64,000 nucleotides of DNA from Clostridia bacterium (lineage in GTDB: Bacteria > Bacillota > Clostridia > TANB77 > CAG-508): assembly GCA_900768805.1 (NCBI GenBank), contig CAAGEF010000115.1:11407-75406 (forward strand). Reading direction: 5' to 3'. Positions within the stretch are counted from its first letter, which is position 1. Every line of letters starts with the position of its first letter. Made by a program: the position numbers and the translations under genes. Of the stretch, positions 1-11,028 are shown one piece after another. Below the pieces are notes generated by a model, which ran no database searches, was not told the origin of the DNA, and saw nothing but the letters and a program-made list of their open reading frames with translations.

Positions 1-413
1 GATATATATTTCCATCGGAAGAATCTTTCCAGTATGCAGTTTGGAATGGATTAGTAAGAGAATTAACAGCTTTAGTAATTTTTCCAATTGTAGTCTCTTC
101 AGATAAATGTGCTTCAATAATTTCTTTTACTTTTTCTTCCGAAACATTAGAATTTATATTCAAATTCTCAGAATTCTCATTGATAACATTTAAAATCAAT
201 TCTTTTAAAGTTTCTATGGTTTCTGTTTTATTAAAATAATCGTCAACTATGTTACCTATAGAATTAATTGAAGCTTTAGAATTTATATCTTTTACTATTT
301 CAGTTAAAAGAGCAGTAAGAGTTTCTTTACTTAAAATCATTTGTTTCTTTTCCTTTCTTTATAAAATAAATTCTTTAGCTACTATTGTCATTATTATTCA
401 CTTTAATTTTAAT

Positions 414-1316
414 TTATGTATTTACATCAGAACTTATTTTCGATTTAATGTTATTATATAATTCTAATGTCTCATTAGTGGATAATGTTTCTTGATTTAA
501 TTTATCTGTGATAATTGAATCAATATTATCTTTTTCTATATAATTGTTAAGGGCTTCATCAATTATATGATTGGAATTTTCAAAGGCTTCTTTAGTTACA
601 TAATTGCCTAAAATTTCTTCAGTCGCATAACCATTAAGTGCCTCGCTAGTTATATAATTAAAATTTCTAAGATCTTCTTTAGATACATAATCGTCAAGGT
701 TCTTTTCATAATTTTCTAAAGTCTCTTTAAGTGCATAATTATCATGTTCATGGTTCTTTGCAGCAATTTCCAAATCATCTAAATTCTTCGCACCTATTAA
801 TTCAATACCATTGATAGTTGGTAAATTATTAAGTTCTTCATAATTAGAAGTTCCGCCAACAGTTCCACCAGAACTTGTATTTGATATTTTGTGAATCTCT
901 GCCATTAAAGTATCAAATACATTTTTATCAATAGTTTCAATAAAATTAAATTCACCATCAATACCTTCCAAAATTCTAAAATGGACAGTAACAGAAGATA
1001 TATGAGTATTAGTTTTAGGATTAAAAATAATAATATATCCAGTATAAAAACCAATAGGCAATGACATATCATTTTCTTCTACAATTTTATATTTTGTATA
1101 ATTACCAGTCTGTTCTTCTGTTTTTTCTAATAAAGCAGAATAAACTTTTTTATATTTGTCAGCAAAAACGAATAATACATCACATTTATCTATAACCATG
1201 TCTTTTACAATACTATTTATATAAAAAATGCAATTATTCCTAAGAGAATTATTTGCTTCTATTGGTTGTCCATTAGTAATAACAAAATAACCATCTTTAT
1301 TAAGTTTAAATATCAT
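414..1316 (-). CDS. tail fibre-like protein with repeated ~18-aa (E/D)AL-NY-x-(T/E)K motifs
   Basis: 300-aa ORF at the distal end of the tail module. Internal repeats NYEKNLDDYVSKEDL / NYITSEALNGYATEEIL / NYVTKEAFENS / NNYIEKDNIDS resemble phage tail-fibre repeats. No catalytic motif recognised. Confidence 0.4.
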   Translation of the reverse strand: MIFKLNKDGYFVITNGQPIEANNSLRNNCIFYINSIVKDMVIDKCDVLFVFADKYKKVYSALLEKTEEQTGNYTKYKIVEENDMSLPIGFYTGYIIIFNPKTNTHISSVTVHFRILEGIDGEFNFIETIDKNVFDTLMAEIHKISNTSSGGTVGGTSNYEELNNLPTINGIELIGAKNLDDLEIAAKNHEHDNYALKETLENYEKNLDDYVSKEDLRNFNYITSEALNGYATEEILGNYVTKEAFENSNHIIDEALNNYIEKDNIDSIITDKLNQETLSTNETLELYNNIKSKISSDVNT

Positions 1317-1368
1317 TTTATTTTCCTCTTCTATTAGTGCAAAATAAAAAAGAATTTCTCTTTTTTAT

Positions 1369-1782
1369 TTATAATCTTTCATTTATAAGTTCATTAATTT
1401 TTGTATTCAATTCTTCTTCATCATTTACAAAATAATTGTTTATAGTATTATTAACTTTATCTTCAGTCATTGGTTCAGCCAGTACTTTTTTAAAGTCCTC
1501 TTCTGTTCCAGTATAGCCACCTGTTTTAGCATATTCATAAGCTGATTTTCCAGTTTCACCTTTTGCACCTTTGATATTTATAGGGTTGGGATTATCTAAT
1601 CCGCCATCATTAGTCCATGATAATACACCATTATTAGAAACATTAGGAGTAAATGTAGCACCAGTAGCACCCGGTTCTCCTTTTTCTCCCTTTTCTCCTT
1701 TAATTGCACCAGTACCTGACATAGACTTTTTAACATATTTCTTTGCAAGTGCAAGTGCATCATCACCTGATAATCCTGCCAT
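1369..1782 (-). CDS. collagen-like (G-X-Y) repeat tail fibre protein
   Basis: Contains GAIKGEKGEKGEPGATGAT and KGAKGETGKS, i.e. Gly-X-Y triplets typical of phage collagen-like fibre proteins. Locally higher GC. Confidence 0.55.
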   Translation of the reverse strand: MAGLSGDDALALAKKYVKKSMSGTGAIKGEKGEKGEPGATGATFTPNVSNNGVLSWTNDGGLDNPNPINIKGAKGETGKSAYEYAKTGGYTGTEEDFKKVLAEPMTEDKVNNTINNYFVNDEEELNTKINELINERL

Positions 1783-1796
1783 TTTTTGTACCTCCC

Positions 1797-2030
1797 TTAA
1801 GCTTTATACCATTTTCCACAAAGGAAAGTATAAAAATCTTGTTCTCCATCAACAACTCTAGCTGTAGAGCCATCTCCAACATATGTAACTATATTTAAAA
1901 GTTTACTAGTATCTTCTTCTTTGAGGATATAATTCCTTACATTTTCTTTACTAGCATTAGTACATCTAATACTTCCCAAATTAGGAATATCTTTTTTCTC
2001 TTGATATTCTTGTCCATCATATATATACAT
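1797..2030 (-). CDS. hypothetical protein (77 aa)
   Basis: Intact ORF in tail-fibre region. No motif recognised. Confidence 0.3.
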   Translation of the reverse strand: MYIYDGQEYQEKKDIPNLGSIRCTNASKENVRNYILKEEDTSKLLNIVTYVGDGSTARVVDGEQDFYTFLCGKWYKA

Positions 2031-2183
2031 TTATTTTTTCCTCCTTTATGCAATGAAAATAAAAGGAGCTATGTACTAATTTTGTTAATTAATACATAGC
2101 TATGTACATTTTTTCATATTATTTTTTTTCTTTGATTTATAGAAAGCAATATTTGCAAGCATTTCCGATTACGGAAAAGTGAA

Positions 2184-2540
2184 TCAAATATCAATTTTAT
2201 CTATTTTTTCATTTATCTTGTCTGCAACTTCAACTTTCTTTACATTTGCATAAGCTTCTATATTGTCAAATACATTCTGTACAATTGATTTTAATACTTC
2301 ATCAGTCAAAATTAATTTCATTGACTTTGGTATTACTTTGTTAAGCTGCACTACACACCAGTTTATCTTATCTTCACCAGCTTTTGTATATCCTTTATAC
2401 TGCTCTTCAGCTTCTGCAATAAGAGCAGTAGCTTTCTTATTAACATTTGTATATGTTCTTAAATAGTAGGAGAGTGCTCCTAATCCAACAATAAGTACAA
2501 TTTTAATAATTTCTAAGTAATCAATATTCATATTTTTCAC
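2184..2540 (-). CDS. putative holin-like small membrane protein
   Basis: 118 aa with a single N-terminal hydrophobic helix (IIKIVLIVGLGALSYYL) followed by a charged coiled tail. Sits at the end of the tail module where lysis cassettes often are. No lysin was seen in the window. Confidence 0.3.
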   Translation of the reverse strand: MKNMNIDYLEIIKIVLIVGLGALSYYLRTYTNVNKKATALIAEAEEQYKGYTKAGEDKINWCVVQLNKVIPKSMKLILTDEVLKSIVQNVFDNIEAYANVKKVEVADKINEKIDKIDI

Positions 2541-2573
2541 CTTTGTCCTTTCTTAATTTTTATTTTTGATTTA

Positions 2574-2738
2574 TTATCTAATTACTCCAATAACTAAATA
2601 TAATAACCCAGAACAGCTACAGCTATGATTTTCACTAGAACTACCTTTATCAGAATGCCAACTATATGAAAAATTAGTATTATTAACAGTGACAATCCCA
2701 TTTGAATATGTTACATAAGGTTGTATTGAACCACTCAT
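2574..2738 (-). CDS. unannotated small Cys-containing protein (54 aa)
   Basis: ORF below the 60-aa track cutoff: MSGSIQPYVTYSNGIVTVNNTNFSYSWHSDKGSSSENHSCSCSGLLYLVIGVIR. Good RBS AAGGTG 7 nt upstream of the ATG. Hydrophobic C-terminus. Confidence 0.3.
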   Translation of the reverse strand: MSGSIQPYVTYSNGIVTVNNTNFSYSWHSDKGSSSENHSCSCSGLLYLVIGVIR

Positions 2739-2932
2739 GTCAGGACACCTTGTGCTGCTTGTAGTCCGATTTCATCTCTTGTGTCCATTATTCTCATAGC
2801 AATCCATTTGCTCATTTGGGTTATTCCTCTCTTATTTCAATATAATAAAAGAAGCTTTTTCACTATATTGTATATAGCAGAAAGCTTCTTTATTTGGGTG
2901 CAAATAATGCTCCTTATGCATCTGATTTGAAT

Positions 2933-3649
2933 TTAGTGAGTGAATTTAGCAGCAACATAAGTATAACCACCATATGAGCTAAATGATGTTCCACTAACAG
3001 TTAAACCAGGTTGACCAGCATCACCATTGTAACCATACACTTTCATTATTGTATTATGCAATCTACTATATATAGCCATTGCTGGTTTTTCATTAACAAG
3101 TGCCCACATACATATAACGTCTGGAACAAAACCGAGTTCTATTGTTCCTCCTGTTGTACCTATTGAATATTTTCCACCATCATTAAGACCATTACCGTAT
3201 CCAGCATTATAGCCGTTATTATAACCTGTCTGATAGTTTACTGAGTTTCCATTAGCTCTGTTATCGGCATCTGTAACGCCCTTACTATAACCTGCATTAT
3301 AACCAGAATTATATCCGGCACTGTTACCAGCACTATAGCCAGAATTATATCCATCGGTATGTCCACTATTATAATTAACAACAGCAGTATCTTTAATATT
3401 ACTAATAATTGTATTCCAATCGGCATCGGAGGCTGTTGTGACTCCTATACTAGAGACTGCCGCAGCCGATCTACTTTTCACGTCAGCTCCATATGTTTTT
3501 AAATCGTTAATTTGAGTAGTTAATGTCGTACCATCAGAAAACATAACATCATCAGAAGATGTCTCATAAGATACTGGTATCCATGAATCTGTTGCAGCGT
3601 CATAATGATAATCTATTCTATGTTCAACTTCAGTTGAAATACTTGCCAT
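2933..3649 (-). CDS. Gly/Asn/Tyr-rich structural (fibre-like) protein
   Basis: 238 aa with degenerate repeats GYNSGYSAGNSAGYNSGYNAGYS typical of fibre shaft regions. Confidence 0.35.
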   Translation of the reverse strand: MASISTEVEHRIDYHYDAATDSWIPVSYETSSDDVMFSDGTTLTTQINDLKTYGADVKSRSAAAVSSIGVTTASDADWNTIISNIKDTAVVNYNSGHTDGYNSGYSAGNSAGYNSGYNAGYSKGVTDADNRANGNSVNYQTGYNNGYNAGYGNGLNDGGKYSIGTTGGTIELGFVPDVICMWALVNEKPAMAIYSRLHNTIMKVYGYNGDAGQPGLTVSGTSFSSYGGYTYVAAKFTH

Positions 3650-3667
3650 TCTCTAATCATCCTTTCT

Positions 3668-3688
3668 TTTTATTTTGATTAGTTTATA
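3668..3688. repeat. recurrent intergenic motif copy (TTTTGATTAGTTTA variant)
   Basis: Member of the TTTTAATT(A)TGATTAGTTTA family; lies upstream of gene 2933..3649. Confidence 0.4.
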
Positions 3689-3703
3689 TTTATCCTTTAT
3701 TTT

Positions 3704-4042
3704 TTATTTTTTCTTTAGCCATATTTTTCCGTCTACTAATTCAGTAGGTTCATCTCCAAATTCTATCCTTAACATTGTATCTGTTTTATTTAAAAGATAA
3801 GTTTGTAGTTTACTTATTCTTGATACTAAACAATTAAACAAATCAGCATTTATTGGTGTAAATTTTTCATTATCTGCTAAATTTGCGGTCGCAGCAGTAG
3901 CATCATCATTAACAATAGTACTATAATTTTCTCGCCATTCTTTGTTATCTAAATTAGAATCTTGTATAAATAATAATGGGTCAATACTAGTAGGATATTT
4001 AGATTCTTTATTATTCTTTAAATAATTATATATTTCTGCCAT
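3704..4042 (-). CDS. hypothetical protein (112 aa)
   Basis: Intact ORF. Confidence 0.3.
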   Translation of the reverse strand: MAEIYNYLKNNKESKYPTSIDPLLFIQDSNLDNKEWRENYSTIVNDDATAATANLADNEKFTPINADLFNCLVSRISKLQTYLLNKTDTMLRIEFGDEPTELVDGKIWLKKK

Positions 4043-4054
4043 ATTAGTACCTCG

Positions 4055-4390
4055 TTATTTCTTTAAAACTCTATAAATATCTCCGTCAACCGGACTACTA
4101 GGAAAATCTTTCGTGGAATCAACATAGATAATCTGTTGTCCTTTTGTTTTTGCATAAATTTGAGTATTTCGAAGTTCTTCTACAAGAGTCTCCATTTTTT
4201 CAGCGTCAATACAATAATCACCAAGATTATATGTATTAAAAATACTAAATGCTAATTTGTAGTTATAATTTTCAATAGCAGTATTAAATTCTTGTATCTT
4301 TGGTAAAATATCTGAATCAATATCTTTAAATGTTGGCATATTAATAATTGAACTTGGAAAATTAGAATAATTATGTGTATAATTTGCCAT
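4055..4390 (-). CDS. hypothetical protein (111 aa)
   Basis: Intact ORF. Confidence 0.3.
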   Translation of the reverse strand: MANYTHNYSNFPSSIINMPTFKDIDSDILPKIQEFNTAIENYNYKLAFSIFNTYNLGDYCIDAEKMETLVEELRNTQIYAKTKGQQIIYVDSTKDFPSSPVDGDIYRVLKK

Positions 4391-4481
4391 ATTAAATATC
4401 TCCTTTTTATTTTCAAAAATATAAGAGAAGATATAATAAAATTAATCTTCCCTCATAAAATTTTTACTAATTATTATTATT

Positions 4482-7400
4482 TTAATTTATTTCATTTGCA
4501 CCCCAAGGTGAACCAGTAGCTGAGCCATTATAATATATATGTGAAACATTATTAAAAGCATTACTTCCTATACTTGTTACACTATCTGGTATTTCAATTG
4601 AATCTAAATTAGACATATCTGCAAAACTTGATTCACCAATAGTAATAACAGTATTTGGAATATTAATAGTTGTATAGCCACTCTTATAAAAAGCATAATC
4701 ACATATTTCTATAACTGTATCAGGAATCGTATAAGTTCCTTCTTCAACTTTATTAGCATTGTATATTAATTGTGTTTTATCTTTTGAAAATAATACATTA
4801 TTTTCAACATAATAATAAGGATTATCTTCTGAAATAATTAATGTGGTTAGTTTTGGACAATTAATTAAAAAGCCACCTTTAAGATTAGACACAGAATTTG
4901 GAATATTTAAAGTTGTAAATTTAGCATTTGTAAATGTGTCATTACATATTATAGTTACTGTATCTGGAATAGAATAAGTTTCATTTACTTTATTTGCCGG
5001 ATATTTTATGAGAACAGTTTGATTTTTAGTCATAAATACTCCATCAACAGAACAATAAGAAGCATTTGAAGGATTTACATTTATTTCTTCCAAATTAATA
5101 CAGCCAATAAATGCATTTTCATTTATAGAAGTCATACTTGCAGGTATAGATATGCTCTTAACTGATGTGCAAGACAAACCTAAAGAAGCAACAGATATTA
5201 TTCCTTCTTCAAAAATAAGACTTGTTATATTATTTCGGTCAATAAATGTATTGGAATCAATTCTATTAATTGCATAATTAAAATATGAATTAAACACATA
5301 TGGAATTGTAATCTCTCCTCCATTATTATAATTATTATAACCAATAGCCCTTTTAAGCCTTTTTGCATTAAGATTAATAATTATATTATCATTTTCATCT
5401 ATAGACGCAAATTCTTTAGCACCATATAAAGTACTTAAATTATTTTTACATGCAAGTATACTAGTTTTATAAAACGCATTATTTCCAATACTAGTTGCTG
5501 AAATAGGAATAACAGCAGTTGGTAAAGAAATTGCATATTCTGTATCTAAGCTATTATAAAAAGCACAAGAATTAATAGTTTCTACACCTTCTTCTATCAT
5601 AGCATATAATATAAAACCATCAGAAAAAGCATAATTATCAATAGTTTTAACATTACTAGGTATATATATATAGTCTAAACTGTGACATCCTGAAAAAGCA
5701 TATTCACCAATATAAGTTAAAGTTTTTGGAAATTTAGGACAAGAAATAGAGCTATTATAAAAAGCATGATTACTAATCTTTACAAGATTAGTAGGCAAAT
5801 TAATATTCCTTATAGAAGCAGCAGCACCAAAACAATAAGGACTAATTTCTTTTAAAGAATTACTTAAACGCACATCTTTAAGTCTATAACAGTATTGAAA
5901 AGCATAAGAACCAATTTCTTCAACACTATCTGTCATATATACAGAGGTTAAATTTTCACATTCATAAAATGCATAATCTTGAATTTTTTTAACAGTATCA
6001 GGAATAGATACATAGGTAATATCTAAATTTCTATTAAAAGTAAGTCCTATTTTAGTAATAGTAAATTCAATATTCTTATAAGTAAAAGTAGAAGGAATAT
6101 TCACTTTACCTTGTGTTGGTATATTTGTCCATGCTAAAATATTAGAAGTTAAAGTAATGTTTGGCTCAGATACAACCTGAGTGCTAGAATTAAATGCGTT
6201 TTTTCCTATATTTGCATTTCCTTTATATAGCACTAATAATATTGAACTAGAGTAAAATGCTAATGATTCTATTGTTTCAACGCTTGAAGGTATTTTTATA
6301 ATCTCAGCTTTACATGAACTAAAAGCAGAATTTCCAATATATTGTAAACCTTCGTTTAAAGTTAATTCTGTTATATTAATATTGTTAAAAGCATACGCAC
6401 CAATTTTTTTAACACTTCCTGGAATTTCTATTTTAGTTAATCGACTACAACTAAAGAAAGCGTGATCACCTATTTCTTGAAGTGCTCTATTAAATTTAAA
6501 ATCAGTTAATGAGCATTGATTAAAAGCATAATCTCCAATATATTTTAAATTAATAGAAAAAGATATATGTTTTAAATTATAACAATCATAAAAAGTTTTC
6601 TTTTCAATTCTTGTTACATTATTAGATAAAATAACAGACTCTAGATTTTTGCATTGTGAAAAAGCAGAAGCACCAACTTTTGTGATTGTATCAGGCATTG
6701 TAACACTAATTAATTCTGTATTATTTGCAAAAGCACTTTCTGCAATAGAAGTAATTTTATATTCTACTCCTTTATACAAAAATTTCTCAGGAATAACTAA
6801 ATTTCCAGATAAAGATTCAATACCTGTCATAGTATAATTACTAGCTGATAATTCAAAATCTACTAATTCACTTTCATCATTACTTTGATAAAGTGGATAA
6901 AAAGTATACATTTCAATAGTAGATATATGATTCTCATGATCATGTGAAATGTTATGAGTTATGTATTGCTTGATCTCATTAGTATTAGCTTTTTTATATG
7001 ATATTTTCATATATTCATTTAACCATGGAATAATACTTGTCTTAATCGTAATACTATCCGTAATTCTACAATTTTTCCATAATTCATAAGCTGCGGTTTC
7101 AACAGCAGTAGAATCAGATTGAATTTCTGCATATTTATCATCAGCATAAGTCTTATTACGTTCTCCTATTTTCTGTACAACATAAGGAGAGTCTTTGATA
7201 ATTTCAATCTTTATATTATTACAGTTATATTTATATTTAAAATAATCTTTTGAATATTTATCAACTGTAACTTGTCTACCATCTACTATAGTAGTATAAC
7301 CATTCTTTATTGTTTCACCATTAGACAAAACAGCAAGTCCATGCACTTGATATTGACCTAATAAATAGAACTTTTCTGTAACAGCTTTATCAATATAACA

Positions 7401-8771
7401 TCTTTTATATTTAAATGAATAAGTCTTATTTGCTACAATTGTTCCTGGTGCGATTAATTTATCACTATATTCATCATATATATTAATAGCACCTAATCCA
7501 TTAATGTTTAAACACATATTATTAACAGATGTACTATTAAATTTTATACTAATAATTTCACCAGTCTTATAAGAACCATATGAATTAATAGTAACATCGT
7601 ATACATTGCCCGAAGTTGAACAAGTTTCAGAATAATATGCTGATTCAAAACATTTTCCCCATACTTCACAAACATTACGGATTACCTTTAAATCTGTTGT
7701 TGCTGACTCTGTTTCTTCTGCAACTAATAAAGGTTTTATTTGTTCATAAGTTAATACTACGTCATCTTCATATAATGTAGGTATCATTTTTAAAACAAAT
7801 TTTCCATCTTCATCAAAAGCAAAATCATAACCGGAATATAAATTTGCAAATGTTTCAATAGCAGAAGCGATAGTAGTACCAGCAGAAAATTCTTGGTCAT
7901 AAGGTACACAATCCCATGTTGGGTGTTCATTTTGATATTGTAAATAATAGTCATAATGTTTAGTACCCTTATATTCTCCAATATCTTCAAGAATGTAATC
8001 TTTAATATCTGTATATTGAGTAAGTAAACCTTTAACAACAGATTTTATTGTATTATATGCTAATATTATTAATCCACCATCTGAATTGCCTTTCTTAACT
8101 TTATATATATAATTATAATTGTTTATAGCTGATTGAATAGCAAGTATATAATTTACTTCATCTACACTGTTATTAGCAAGAAAAGCATTGTAATATGATA
8201 AAACAGCATTTTTTACATCAGCTTTCATAAAGACGGAAGAAGCATTATGATGACTATTATATGCTGTATCAAAACTTTCTCCACTTGAAGTCCAGCTTGT
8301 ACTAAAAACAATTTCATAAGCAGGTATAGAAATATTTAATGCACCATTAAATTCCCCATTAACAGTACCGTCTAATTGAATCATTAAGTCACTACAATTA
8401 ATTTGAAGAGTATTATCAGTCGCATTATATGAAATACTTGCGTCTGTTAATACATATTTACCTTGTGAATACCATCTAGGTTCTTTCATACGCTCTGTCT
8501 TTAAGCCAATATATATTTTTATCTTTTTATCAATCCATAATAAAGAGTTCTCAGCTATATTAATAGATTGTTTATCTGTTGGTACAATAGGGCAAGAATA
8601 AGTTCGTCTTACTTTACTTTCACAATTTATTGTACTTTGTCCTCCAGTAACAACACCATTTAAAATATCTACTAATCGGTCACTATTGTCATAAATTTCT
8701 ATTTTTACATATTCCTTACATATTGGTTGGGATATAAGTTCATAGTCTTCTTTAGTAGGAATATAACTCAT
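4482..8771 (-). CDS. tail-associated lysin (Tal)-like / receptor-binding protein with BspA-type leucine-rich repeats
   Basis: 1429 aa. N-terminus (KIEIYDNSDRLVDILNGVV...) resembles the prophage tail endopeptidase N-domain that follows Dit in siphoviruses. C-terminal half carries many IPxSVxxIGxxAFxxCxxLxxI units (e.g. IEIPDSVTSIGSNAFNN, NIPNTVITIGESSFADMSNL), which are BspA-type LRRs. Confidence 0.55.
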   Translation of the reverse strand: MSYIPTKEDYELISQPICKEYVKIEIYDNSDRLVDILNGVVTGGQSTINCESKVRRTYSCPIVPTDKQSINIAENSLLWIDKKIKIYIGLKTERMKEPRWYSQGKYVLTDASISYNATDNTLQINCSDLMIQLDGTVNGEFNGALNISIPAYEIVFSTSWTSSGESFDTAYNSHHNASSVFMKADVKNAVLSYYNAFLANNSVDEVNYILAIQSAINNYNYIYKVKKGNSDGGLIILAYNTIKSVVKGLLTQYTDIKDYILEDIGEYKGTKHYDYYLQYQNEHPTWDCVPYDQEFSAGTTIASAIETFANLYSGYDFAFDEDGKFVLKMIPTLYEDDVVLTYEQIKPLLVAEETESATTDLKVIRNVCEVWGKCFESAYYSETCSTSGNVYDVTINSYGSYKTGEIISIKFNSTSVNNMCLNINGLGAINIYDEYSDKLIAPGTIVANKTYSFKYKRCYIDKAVTEKFYLLGQYQVHGLAVLSNGETIKNGYTTIVDGRQVTVDKYSKDYFKYKYNCNNIKIEIIKDSPYVVQKIGERNKTYADDKYAEIQSDSTAVETAAYELWKNCRITDSITIKTSIIPWLNEYMKISYKKANTNEIKQYITHNISHDHENHISTIEMYTFYPLYQSNDESELVDFELSASNYTMTGIESLSGNLVIPEKFLYKGVEYKITSIAESAFANNTELISVTMPDTITKVGASAFSQCKNLESVILSNNVTRIEKKTFYDCYNLKHISFSINLKYIGDYAFNQCSLTDFKFNRALQEIGDHAFFSCSRLTKIEIPGSVKKIGAYAFNNINITELTLNEGLQYIGNSAFSSCKAEIIKIPSSVETIESLAFYSSSILLVLYKGNANIGKNAFNSSTQVVSEPNITLTSNILAWTNIPTQGKVNIPSTFTYKNIEFTITKIGLTFNRNLDITYVSIPDTVKKIQDYAFYECENLTSVYMTDSVEEIGSYAFQYCYRLKDVRLSNSLKEISPYCFGAAASIRNINLPTNLVKISNHAFYNSSISCPKFPKTLTYIGEYAFSGCHSLDYIYIPSNVKTIDNYAFSDGFILYAMIEEGVETINSCAFYNSLDTEYAISLPTAVIPISATSIGNNAFYKTSILACKNNLSTLYGAKEFASIDENDNIIINLNAKRLKRAIGYNNYNNGGEITIPYVFNSYFNYAINRIDSNTFIDRNNITSLIFEEGIISVASLGLSCTSVKSISIPASMTSINENAFIGCINLEEINVNPSNASYCSVDGVFMTKNQTVLIKYPANKVNETYSIPDTVTIICNDTFTNAKFTTLNIPNSVSNLKGGFLINCPKLTTLIISEDNPYYYVENNVLFSKDKTQLIYNANKVEEGTYTIPDTVIEICDYAFYKSGYTTINIPNTVITIGESSFADMSNLDSIEIPDSVTSIGSNAFNNVSHIYYNGSATGSPWGANEIN

Positions 8772-9700
8772 TTATAAAAATTACTCCAATATTCTTCAGT
8801 AACTTCACTTAAATTATTTTTATACAAATCTTTTTCACTTTGAGCATCCCCAACCTCAACCCAATCAAAACTAATAATTCGTATATAATTATCTCCTGAA
8901 GAAGTAATAGTAGGCTTACCAGTAACCATAATAATACGATTAATTCCATCCCATCCTTTTAATAGTTTAGGTTCACCATCTGTAAGAAAATCTATAATTT
9001 CTTGTTGATATCTATATGAATTAATAATATCTATATCACAATTTTCATCCATTTTTGCAAAGAAACCAGAGGTGTTTCCAGAGTCATAATTAACCTCGGA
9101 ATTTATAAAAATTTTTGGTTTGGAATTATACATCATTTCAATAACTCCAACTTTTTGATTACGAGTTGTATTAATATCCCCAAGTTCCATATAAGCAATA
9201 TATTTCTTATCTTTTCCTATAATAGAAATGCCTTTAAATTCCACATTAATATAATCTGAGCCTGTGTCTTTATCTGTTGCATAAATATATCCACCTTCTA
9301 CATTATCATGCGTTATAGGAACAATAGCATATCTATAGTCCGTATTAGAATTAAAAAGATAATCTTTATATGTAATATAAAAATCATCTACAGTTTCAAT
9401 AGTCTTATCATAAATAGTTGTCCAATGATTATTTTTATCTTCCCTTTTTATTAAAATTTCTTTGATAGTATCTACATACCATTTCATGTTTCCGGCAATA
9501 GTATTATTATCAAAAGCAGCATGTAATGAAGTATTACTATTCCATTCACTTGAAATATCATAAGAATTCAAATCTTTAGAAATATATAAATCATCATATA
9601 AGCCATTTACTAACTCTATATAATTTACATTATCTACATCTACTGGATAGGTCTTTGTTGCAGTTCCATCTCCAAAAAAACTCATTCCAAGAAAAAGCAT
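8768..9700 (-). CDS. distal tail protein (Dit)-like candidate
   Basis: 310 aa immediately upstream of the Tal-like gene with a 4-nt overlap. Called on position and size only. Confidence 0.3.
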   Translation of the reverse strand: MLFLGMSFFGDGTATKTYPVDVDNVNYIELVNGLYDDLYISKDLNSYDISSEWNSNTSLHAAFDNNTIAGNMKWYVDTIKEILIKREDKNNHWTTIYDKTIETVDDFYITYKDYLFNSNTDYRYAIVPITHDNVEGGYIYATDKDTGSDYINVEFKGISIIGKDKKYIAYMELGDINTTRNQKVGVIEMMYNSKPKIFINSEVNYDSGNTSGFFAKMDENCDIDIINSYRYQQEIIDFLTDGEPKLLKGWDGINRIIMVTGKPTITSSGDNYIRIISFDWVEVGDAQSEKDLYKNNLSEVTEEYWSNFYK

Positions 9701-9714
9701 GATAAAACACCTCC

Positions 9715-10755
9715 TTATCCTTTGATTATTTCCATATCATAGATTCCATTTTCTTTAGTTATCCAAAAAGTATATAAAGTATTTGCTGTTAAATCGAATC
9801 TGTCAGAATATATTAAATATTTAAGTTGTCCATATTTAACAAGTAATTTCAATTTATATCCACTAACTGTAGAATCATCATAATAATTTAGAGATACAGT
9901 AAATTCACCAACACCGTTACTCACTGTTAATAATTGACCACATTGAAAATTCATTCCTTTTAAAGCAATTCTAAAATTGCCTTCCAATTTGAAACCTTCA
10001 TCATAATACATTACGTTGTTATTTCTTAAATCAATTTTACTGTCATCAAAAGTAAATTCTTTCTGACCATTATATTGAACAATTACAAAATCAGTAGAAC
10101 AAGTTATATATTCACCATTTACATCTTTTTGGACATAATATTTTCCACCAAATTCTAAAGACTCACAATTTGTTGTTACATTGACAACTTTTGTCTCCAA
10201 TTCAAAGCCAGAAGTAGTAACACAAGTTGCATAAACTTTATAATCTGCATGTGTATTTAAACCAACAAATTTATATGTTAAATCATCTTCTGTTTCATAA
10301 ATAATAGTGTTAGATTCAGTAAGTATATTCATGTTATTATCTGCCAAATGAAACTGTAAAGTTTTAATTGTATCTGTATCATGCATAAAATCTATACCTA
10401 CTTCTAAAGCAGTAGCATTAATTACTAAATTATCCTGTATATTCAATTCAAAATCTGGACTTAATTTACATCTGAATTGAACAATATTTGATGGCGTACT
10501 TTCATTACCATGAATATCATAAACAATTACTTTTGCATAATAACTTGCTTCATTTTCAATGCTATTAGCAGGTAAAGTATAAATATATTTTTTATTTACA
10601 ATATCTTGTATGCCACTATATGCTTTAACATCTGTTGCTGAATTATATATTTCTAATTTACATTGAGTTAATGTTGTAGCTACCCAATTAAATTGAAATG
10701 TCTTATTTTTTGTAGCATCAAAAATTTCTACATTATGTAAGACTGGTTTTGACAT
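9715..10755 (-). CDS. tail structural protein (346 aa)
   Basis: Lies between TMP and the Dit/Tal-like genes. No motif recognised. Confidence 0.3.
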   Translation of the reverse strand: MSKPVLHNVEIFDATKNKTFQFNWVATTLTQCKLEIYNSATDVKAYSGIQDIVNKKYIYTLPANSIENEASYYAKVIVYDIHGNESTPSNIVQFRCKLSPDFELNIQDNLVINATALEVGIDFMHDTDTIKTLQFHLADNNMNILTESNTIIYETEDDLTYKFVGLNTHADYKVYATCVTTSGFELETKVVNVTTNCESLEFGGKYYVQKDVNGEYITCSTDFVIVQYNGQKEFTFDDSKIDLRNNNVMYYDEGFKLEGNFRIALKGMNFQCGQLLTVSNGVGEFTVSLNYYDDSTVSGYKLKLLVKYGQLKYLIYSDRFDLTANTLYTFWITKENGIYDMEIIKG

Positions 10756-10773
10756 TTTTAATTTTCCTTTCTA

Positions 10774-11028
10774 TTACTTATTTACTTTTGCACAAATATA
10801 AGCCTCATGAATATTTCCATTCGGTTTATGCACCCAAACAGAATCACCAATTTTTAGACTTAAACCTACACCATCATATAGGGCATATTCTTTTCCATTT
10901 ATCTGAACTATGTATTTACCAGACTGAATATTTTTTATTGAAGCCATTACATCTTGATTCCTATATGGTTGCATTATTTTGTCTATTGCAAAAGAAATTG
11001 TTTCAAATATATCTTGTGATAAATCCAT
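10774..11028 (-). CDS. hypothetical protein (84 aa)
   Basis: Intact ORF directly downstream of TMP. Confidence 0.3.
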   Translation of the reverse strand: MDLSQDIFETISFAIDKIMQPYRNQDVMASIKNIQSGKYIVQINGKEYALYDGVGLSLKIGDSVWVHKPNGNIHEAYICAKVNK

